NCBI GenBank assembly: GCA_046581755.1
Contig: JAYGFR010000196.1
Coordinates: 1 to 13,154 of the forward strand
Length of the DNA stretch: 13,154 bases
Reading direction: 5' to 3'
Source: Nitrospinota bacterium
Lineage (GTDB): Bacteria > UBA8248
Below, in pieces: positions 8,184 through 13,154 of the stretch; position 1 is the stretch's first letter; each line of letters begins with the position of its first letter. The translations under genes and the position numbers were made by a program. The notes beneath the pieces are model-generated. The model saw only the letters and a program-made list of their open reading frames with translations. It was not told where the DNA came from and did not search any database.

Positions 8184-8658
8184 TCATTCCTGCGCTTTTT
8201 TGGCCAGAGCCACGCTCTGAGGGTGAACCTTCGGGAAGGGGTGTTGAAAGGCGACGAAGAATTGGCGCGATTGGCGGATGCCTTCCGCACCGCGCACGAT
8301 AAGATGTACGGGGACACGCCCGATTTGCTCGTTCAAGCGGTCACCTTCCGCGTGAGCGCCGTCGTCCGCTTTCAAAAGGCGGCCTTGGGGTCTCAAAGGA
8401 TTCTGCATCGGTCTCCTCGGCGAAGCCATTTCTTTCCGGATCGAGGCGCGTATTCCTCCCGCAGGTGAGTGGTTTCGCCGACACGCCCGTCTACAAGCGG
8501 GTGGATCTGCCCCCGGCAGTTCGATCGATGGGCCCTCAATCGTGGAGCAGATGGACACCACCACGATCACCTCGTCCGGCCATATGGCCACTGGCGACGC
8601 GTCCCGCAACTTGGTTCTTCGCTTCGAAGAGGGCCCGGGAAACACTTCGATGGGTTGA
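8184..8658 (+). pseudogene. Degraded C-terminal remnant of a hydantoinase A paralog (5'-truncated, two frameshifts)
   Basis: Three successive frames give FLRFFGQSHALRVNL...AFRTAHDKMYGDTPDLLVQAVTFRVSA / SGSRRVFLPQVSGFADTPVYKRVDLP / PSIVEQMDTTTITSSGHMATGDASRNLVLRF. These are colinear with the hyuA C-terminus (IRYLGQSHELTV...AFRREHKRVYGYAPEAPTQVVTFRMSV...AGTRRAYFDELGDYAECPVYLRERLP...PAIIEQMDTTTVVLPGQ...GMLVLSF). An in-frame TAA lies at 8181 and the final stop TGA at 8656..8658. Confidence 0.88.
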
Positions 8659-8828
8659 CGTGTAAAAGGCCATCGTTTATCGAGTTCGATTAAAAGATGA
8701 ACAACCCTGCTCGTAGCTGTTGGACATCTTCATCAAGAAGAAGGTCTATAGGGCAGTCGATACGTTCAGAGACGCCGAATACGTCGAACCCGAATCCTAA
8801 GGTCAGGTAGATTTTTGAGGAGGCTGTC

Positions 8829-9869
8829 ATGTCCCGCCGCTTGATCGATTTGAGAAGCGACAGTAAAACGCGCCCTTCGCCCAGTATGCGAGAGGCTATG
8901 GCCTGTGCCGAGGTAGGCGATGACACTGACGGTAGCGAGGATCCCACGGTCAACGCTTTGCTAGAACGCGTCGCCGCCATGTTCGAAAAAGAGGCTGGCC
9001 TCTACGTCTCCTCCGGGACCCAGGCGAACCAGATCGCCATCAAGGTATACACCCAGCCCGGCGATGAGATCGTCGCCGACGATTTTTGCCATCCGTTCCG
9101 GAACGAGTTGGCCGCCGGCGCAATCATCTCCGGCGTGCAATACGCCCTCATCGCCGCCGATCGCGGCGTGTATTCACGGAAGCAGGCCGAGGAACATTTG
9201 CGGCCGGAAGGGCCGTGGCAGCCTCGCAGTGCCCTATTGTGGGTCGAAAACACGCACAACCTGGGCGGGGGGAATGTCTTTCCGCTCGAAAAACTCGACG
9301 AACTGCGCGCGCTTTCTCTCGAGAATCAGATTCCCCTTTACATTGACGGCGCGCGAATCTTCAACGCCATCGTTGCCTCGGGTGTTTCGGCCCACGAGTG
9401 GGGCAGACGCTGCGACTCCCTATGTATCGGCATCTCAAAGGGACTTGGTTGCCCGGTGGGCTCGGTCCTGTTGGGCACCCAGGATTTCATCCAAAAGGCG
9501 CGCCGCATTCGGAAAATCCTGGGAGGAGGGTGGCGTCAAGCGGGAATTCTCGCGGCGGCGGGTATATACGCCCTCGACCACAACATCGAGCGCCTCGCCG
9601 AGGACCACGCCAACGCGCAGCGTTTCGCCGAGTTGACTTCCGGTATTCCCCACGTCCGCCTAGTCCACGAGACCACCCCTACGAACCTTGCATTTCTGGA
9701 TGTTTCCGACACGGGAAAAAGCGCGGCAGAGGTAAAAGCGCACATGATGGAGCACGATGTTGCGCTTTCGGTTACCGGGCCAACTGAGCTTCGAGCGGCC
9801 ACCCATCTCGATGTTTCTCGGGACGATGTGGACGAAGCAGCCCAGATGCTGAGCGAAGCAGTAGCATGA
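8829..9869 (+). CDS. ltaE: Low-specificity L-threonine aldolase family (PLP-dependent, beta-eliminating lyase fold)
   Basis: 346 aa. Motifs IDLRSD, VGDD...EDPTV, SGTQANQ, ENTHNLGGG, DGARIFNA, SKGLGCPVGS (PLP lysine), RKILGGGWRQAG, RLAEDHANA and THLDVS. GAGGAGG RBS. Confidence 0.9.
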   Translation: MSRRLIDLRSDSKTRPSPSMREAMACAEVGDDTDGSEDPTVNALLERVAAMFEKEAGLYVSSGTQANQIAIKVYTQPGDEIVADDFCHPFRNELAAGAIISGVQYALIAADRGVYSRKQAEEHLRPEGPWQPRSALLWVENTHNLGGGNVFPLEKLDELRALSLENQIPLYIDGARIFNAIVASGVSAHEWGRRCDSLCIGISKGLGCPVGSVLLGTQDFIQKARRIRKILGGGWRQAGILAAAGIYALDHNIERLAEDHANAQRFAELTSGIPHVRLVHETTPTNLAFLDVSDTGKSAAEVKAHMMEHDVALSVTGPTELRAATHLDVSRDDVDEAAQMLSEAVA

Positions 9870-10029
9870 GCTGACGAGCTGCTTCAGCGTACTGGGTTGC
9901 GGTACCTCTACCGGGATATCTTCCATCGGATGCACCGGTGCGGTTTGTCTCTCGGAAGTTTCCCGGAAGGGGCGACCCGGGATCGCATGAACAAAATTTG
10001 TCAACGCCCGAGCGGCTGGAGGAGGAGCG

Positions 10030-10852
10030 ATGGATACACCTTGGGTCCACGAGCTGAGCTGGCGAGAGGTGCGCGATTATCTCGATTCCGGGAATGACCT
10101 GGCCCTGCTCCCGGTGGGCGCAGTGGAGCAGCACGGGCCCCACATGCCCATGGGTCACGACGCCTTCGCCGCGCAGAATATCTGTGCCGACGCGGCGCGC
10201 GGGTGTGCTCGCCTATCCCACACTCTGGTATGGATGGAGTCATCACCACATGGCCCTTCCGGGGACGGTAACGCTCAGACCCGCAACCTTAACGGCAGTC
10301 GTGACGGACCTTCTCCAGAGTATGCTTTTTCATGGCTTTAACCGCGTCGTCGTGGTGAACGGCCACCGACGGGGGAACCTCCCCCCACTCGAGATCGCGG
10401 TCAACGAGTTGCGCCACCAGACGGATGCGGTCTTCGCCATCGTGGACGTTGGGATCGTGGCGTTCGACCGGGTGGCCGAGATTCGCACCTCTCCGCCTGG
10501 CGGGGTCGGCCACGCGGATGAGATGGAGACCTCTCACGCCCTCCACATGAATCCCGGCCTTGTCCGCCCCGAGCGTGCTGAAGCCCGGATGATGAACGCC
10601 AATCCCCAGTGGCTGACCGGGCATCATACCTCCGACCCTGCGGTCGAGGCCCCGCGATTCTACTTTCCCAAGACGGTGGAGGAAGCGAGGAAGAGTGCGG
10701 GAGAGTTCGGCAACACGGGGGACCCGACCGCGGCCACGGCCGAGAAAGGCCGGGCCTTCCACGAGGCTGTGGTGGAGAGGCTGGTCGGAATTATCGACCA
10801 CTTGAAGAAGGTTCCCTTCAACATCCGGTGCCGCCCCGCGCCCTTCGACTGA
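10030..10852 (+). pseudogene. Creatininase/MftE-like amidohydrolase family gene, split by one frameshift near 10190..10201
   Basis: The 10030 frame gives ELSWREVRDYL...LLPVGAVEQHGPHMPMGHD...DAAR. The +1 frame continues GVLAYPTLWYGWSHHHMALPGTVTL...VVVNGHRRGN...GHADEMETS...GNTGDPTAATAEKG. Together they form one complete creatininase-family protein. GGAGGAG RBS precedes 10030. A sequencing or assembly error is possible. Confidence 0.85.
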
Positions 10853-10972
10853 GCCGAGAGGCGATCACTCCGGGGTGATGGCCACTCGCCGGTTGCTTGT
10901 ACTTCATCCGACCGACCCGAAAACTATATGGGGAGTCATTTCGAACGGGTTCATAAGAAATCGAGACAAGCT

Positions 10973-11002
10973 TTGTACCGCCTATCTCCATGTGAATATA
11001 AT
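10973..11002 (+). promoter_or_regulatory. Candidate sigma70 promoter for MmgE/PrpD copy 2
   Basis: TTGTAC (10973..10978), an 18-nt spacer, then a perfect TATAAT (10997..11002), 25 nt upstream of ATG 11028. Confidence 0.5.
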
Positions 11003-11027
11003 GCCTTCTAAACCGGAGGTTGGGTTC

Positions 11028-12389
11028 ATGACCCAAGCCAGCGCCGAAATTAGTGAGGTGATGCGGGATCTCAGCCGCTATATTTCATCCGCGGTCGGCG
11101 AAGACCTGCCGCCGGAGGTTTCGGAAAAGGGCAAGCACCATCTATTGGACACCCTGGCTGCGATGATCTCGGGGTCACGCTTGCGGCCGGGCAAAGCGGC
11201 TATTCAATTCGTGGCCAGCCAGGGCGGCCGCGAAGAAGCGTGCGTGGCCGGCACCAGTATTCTCACCACAGCGATCAACGCGGCGCTCGCCAACGGTATG
11301 CTCGCCCACGCGGATGAGACGGACGACTCTCACAAGGACTCCCGCTGTCACCCCGGTTGCGGCATTGTGCCCGCCGCCCTTGCCATGGCGGAAAGAGAGG
11401 GTCGCGGCGGTGAAGCCCTCCTGCGGGCGGTGGTGCTCGGATACGATGTTGGCTGCAGAACCATCTTTGCCCTGGGAGTGGATCAATTCTACTGGGCGGG
11501 TCACAGCACCCACAGTTTTGCCCCCCTTTTCGGAGCGGCCGCGGCGGCCGGAGCCTTGGCAAATCTGAGTGAAAATCAGATTCCCCAGCTGATTTCCTAC
11601 ACGGCCCAGCAGGCCTCGGGGGTCAATTGCTGGTCGCGCGATGAAGAACACATCGAAAAAGCCTTTGACTTCGGTGGTATGACCGCCCGAAACGGTGTGA
11701 CGGCGGCGGAGATAGTTGCGGCCGGGTTCACGGGTGTCGCGGACGTCTTCTCTGGGCCCATGAACTTCTTCTTTGCGTTCTCCTCCGCTCCCAAGCCGGA
11801 GCTCATGGTCGAAGATCTCGGCACGAGGTTCGAGGTCATGGAGACAAATATCAAAAAATGGTCCGTCGGCTCACCCATTCAAGCGGTCCTGGAATCGACG
11901 GAGGCCCTCATTCGGGAAAACGACCTGAAACCAGAGAAAATCGACCGAATAACGGTACAGATGTCCGACAAAGAGTCGCATGTAGTGGACAAACGGAAAA
12001 TGCCCGCAATCAATCTTCAGCATTTGCTCGCCGTCTTTGTGCTCGACCAAGGTATTACCTTCACATCCTCACACGACAGGGAGCGAATGAACGATCCCGC
12101 TGTGGTGGAGTTCAGGGACAAGGTGAAATTGATTCCCGATTCCGAGGTGCCGCGCAGGCAACCCATTGTCGAGATCGCTACACGGGATGGCCGATCGATC
12201 TCCCACTCAACCTCTGCAGTTCGGGGCACCCCCGATAACGCGATGGAGCGGGAGGAGGTCGAGAGCAAGGCGCTCGACCTGATCGAGCCGGTTCTCGGTA
12301 GAGGGAAAAGCCGGAATTTGATTGATACGATATGGACTCTCGAGCGCGTAAAAAACCTGCGCGAGCTGCGCCCTCTATTGATGGTATGA
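11028..12389 (+). CDS. MmgE/PrpD family protein (copy 2)
   Basis: Motifs LLDTLAAMISG, AALANGMLAHADETDDSH...HPGCGIVPAALA, KAFDFGG..ARNG, GFTG, IKKWSVGSPIQ and RGTPDN. The start was moved from the ORF-track 10875 to ATG 11028, which has a GGAGGT RBS and a promoter-like element upstream, giving 453 aa. Confidence 0.9.
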   Translation: MTQASAEISEVMRDLSRYISSAVGEDLPPEVSEKGKHHLLDTLAAMISGSRLRPGKAAIQFVASQGGREEACVAGTSILTTAINAALANGMLAHADETDDSHKDSRCHPGCGIVPAALAMAEREGRGGEALLRAVVLGYDVGCRTIFALGVDQFYWAGHSTHSFAPLFGAAAAAGALANLSENQIPQLISYTAQQASGVNCWSRDEEHIEKAFDFGGMTARNGVTAAEIVAAGFTGVADVFSGPMNFFFAFSSAPKPELMVEDLGTRFEVMETNIKKWSVGSPIQAVLESTEALIRENDLKPEKIDRITVQMSDKESHVVDKRKMPAINLQHLLAVFVLDQGITFTSSHDRERMNDPAVVEFRDKVKLIPDSEVPRRQPIVEIATRDGRSISHSTSAVRGTPDNAMEREEVESKALDLIEPVLGRGKSRNLIDTIWTLERVKNLRELRPLLMV

Positions 12390-12679
12390 ACTTCTCGGGA
12401 TTTTGTGGATGATAAAGTAATTTTTTTGTTGTAATTTCTCAACACTGTTGAAATGATTGATTTTAAGGATTTTATCCTTTCTTGATTCTACAGTAGAAAC
12501 ATGCTCTAATATTTCCACATGGTCCGATATTTTCGTAAAGTACCTTGTTAATCGACGGGATCCGCGCTGAGGGGATTTCTGCCTAGAGGAAAAATTTGTT
12601 TGTCGATTTAGAAGAGGGGCATATTCGGGGATTTACAACTTAGATCTGGAATCAGACGGGAGATTGCGGCTTTCTGACG

Positions 12680-12702
12680 ACATTCCGGAATTTCTGGAAT
12701 GT
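12680..12702. promoter_or_regulatory. 23-bp near-perfect inverted repeat ACATTCCGGAA-T-TTCTGGAATGT, candidate operator for the ABC transporter gene
   Basis: 11-bp arms with one mismatch, about 70 nt upstream of the SBP start codon. The TTCC...GGAA geometry resembles IclR-type operators (inference). Confidence 0.5.
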
Positions 12703-12769
12703 AATTTTGAAGACGGTTTGCATGCGATAAGTGCTAAACGTCGGTTGTCCAAATAGGAGGAGTCATGCC

Positions 12770-13154
12770 ATGAAACCGAAGATTGTTCTCTTGAGCCTCG
12801 CTCTTGCTGTACTGGTCGTTGCGGCTGCGTCCGGGAGTCAGGCGGCGATGTCGAAAGGGAAGCGTATCGACAAATTGACTATCGCATTAGGAGCCTTCGG
12901 CACGGAAGCCATTGATCCTATTCTTGGTATTCTGGATGATAAACCGTACCTCAGGCTGATGTACAGCTATGTCATCGACACAGATCTGCGAGACAAGGAC
13001 CCCTCTAAGGTAACCGGGCTGGCGAAGGACTGGAAGTGGTCAGCGGATAGGAAAGCGTTGCGGGTGTTTTTGAGGAAAGGGGTGAAGTTCCACAATGGGG
13101 CCGAGGTGAAGGCCGAAGACGTGGTTTTTTCCCTGAGGCGGATGAAAAGTCCAG
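12770..13154 (+). CDS. ABC transporter substrate-binding protein, family 5 (DppA/OppA/NikA-like), 5' part, runs off the window
   Basis: Absent from the ORF track because there is no stop in the window. Hand translation: MKPKIVLLSLALAVLVVAAASGSQAAMSKGKRIDKLTIALGAFGTEAIDP...GLAKDWKWSADRKALRVFLRKGVKFHNGAEVKAEDVVFSLRRMKSP. It has a Sec signal peptide (basic, hydrophobic, then SQA) and the family-5 signature LA..W..S.D......LR.GVKFHNG....A.DV.FS..R. AGGAGGAG RBS at 12755..12762. Confidence 0.92.
   Translation, partial: MKPKIVLLSLALAVLVVAAASGSQAAMSKGKRIDKLTIALGAFGTEAIDPILGILDDKPYLRLMYSYVIDTDLRDKDPSKVTGLAKDWKWSADRKALRVFLRKGVKFHNGAEVKAEDVVFSLRRMKSP

Noticed and set aside
8184..8645. 153-aa minus-strand ORF
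   Set aside because: Antisense to the hydantoinase A remnant, with no recognisable family features.
3887..10852. Canonical creatinine degradation pathway (creatininase, creatinase, N-methylhydantoinase)
   Set aside because: The resemblance is at fold level only. No creatinine deiminase, carbamoylsarcosine amidase or sarcosine oxidase is in the window, and the motifs deviate from the characterised enzymes.
10859..10883. Hairpin GGCGATCACTCCGGGGTGATGGCC after the creatininase-like stop, as a terminator
   Set aside because: Imperfect stem and no U-tract.
10875..11027. 51-aa N-terminal extension of MmgE/PrpD copy 2
   Set aside because: Family-like sequence starts after ATG 11028, which has a GGAGGT RBS. 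The extension contains a promoter-like TATAAT.
12765..12773. Mini-ORF ATG CCA TGA overlapping the SBP start
   Set aside because: It lies too close to the RBS to be the preferred start, and nothing indicates a regulatory role.

Overview
GC-rich bacterial window densely packed with catabolic enzyme genes. No rRNA, tRNA, CRISPR array or transposase is recognisable. The left edge holds the 3' end of a hydantoinase B/oxoprolinase gene (+). A minus-strand block follows, in transcription order: hydantoinase/oxoprolinase B and A subunits (ATP-dependent cyclic amide hydrolase family), a 5'-truncated M24 peptidase remnant starting at the hyuA stop codon, an MmgE/PrpD protein, and an AtuA-like (DUF1446) + DUF4387 pair. 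A divergent plus-strand block contains a doubly frameshifted remnant of a second hydantoinase A, a threonine aldolase-family enzyme, a frameshifted creatininase-family gene, a second MmgE/PrpD protein, an AT-rich palindrome-rich intergenic region and the 5' part of a family-5 ABC substrate-binding protein gene. It reads as a mosaic, partly decaying cluster for uptake and breakdown of unknown cyclic amide or polycarboxylate compounds. All family assignments come from motifs recognised by eye, not from database searches.
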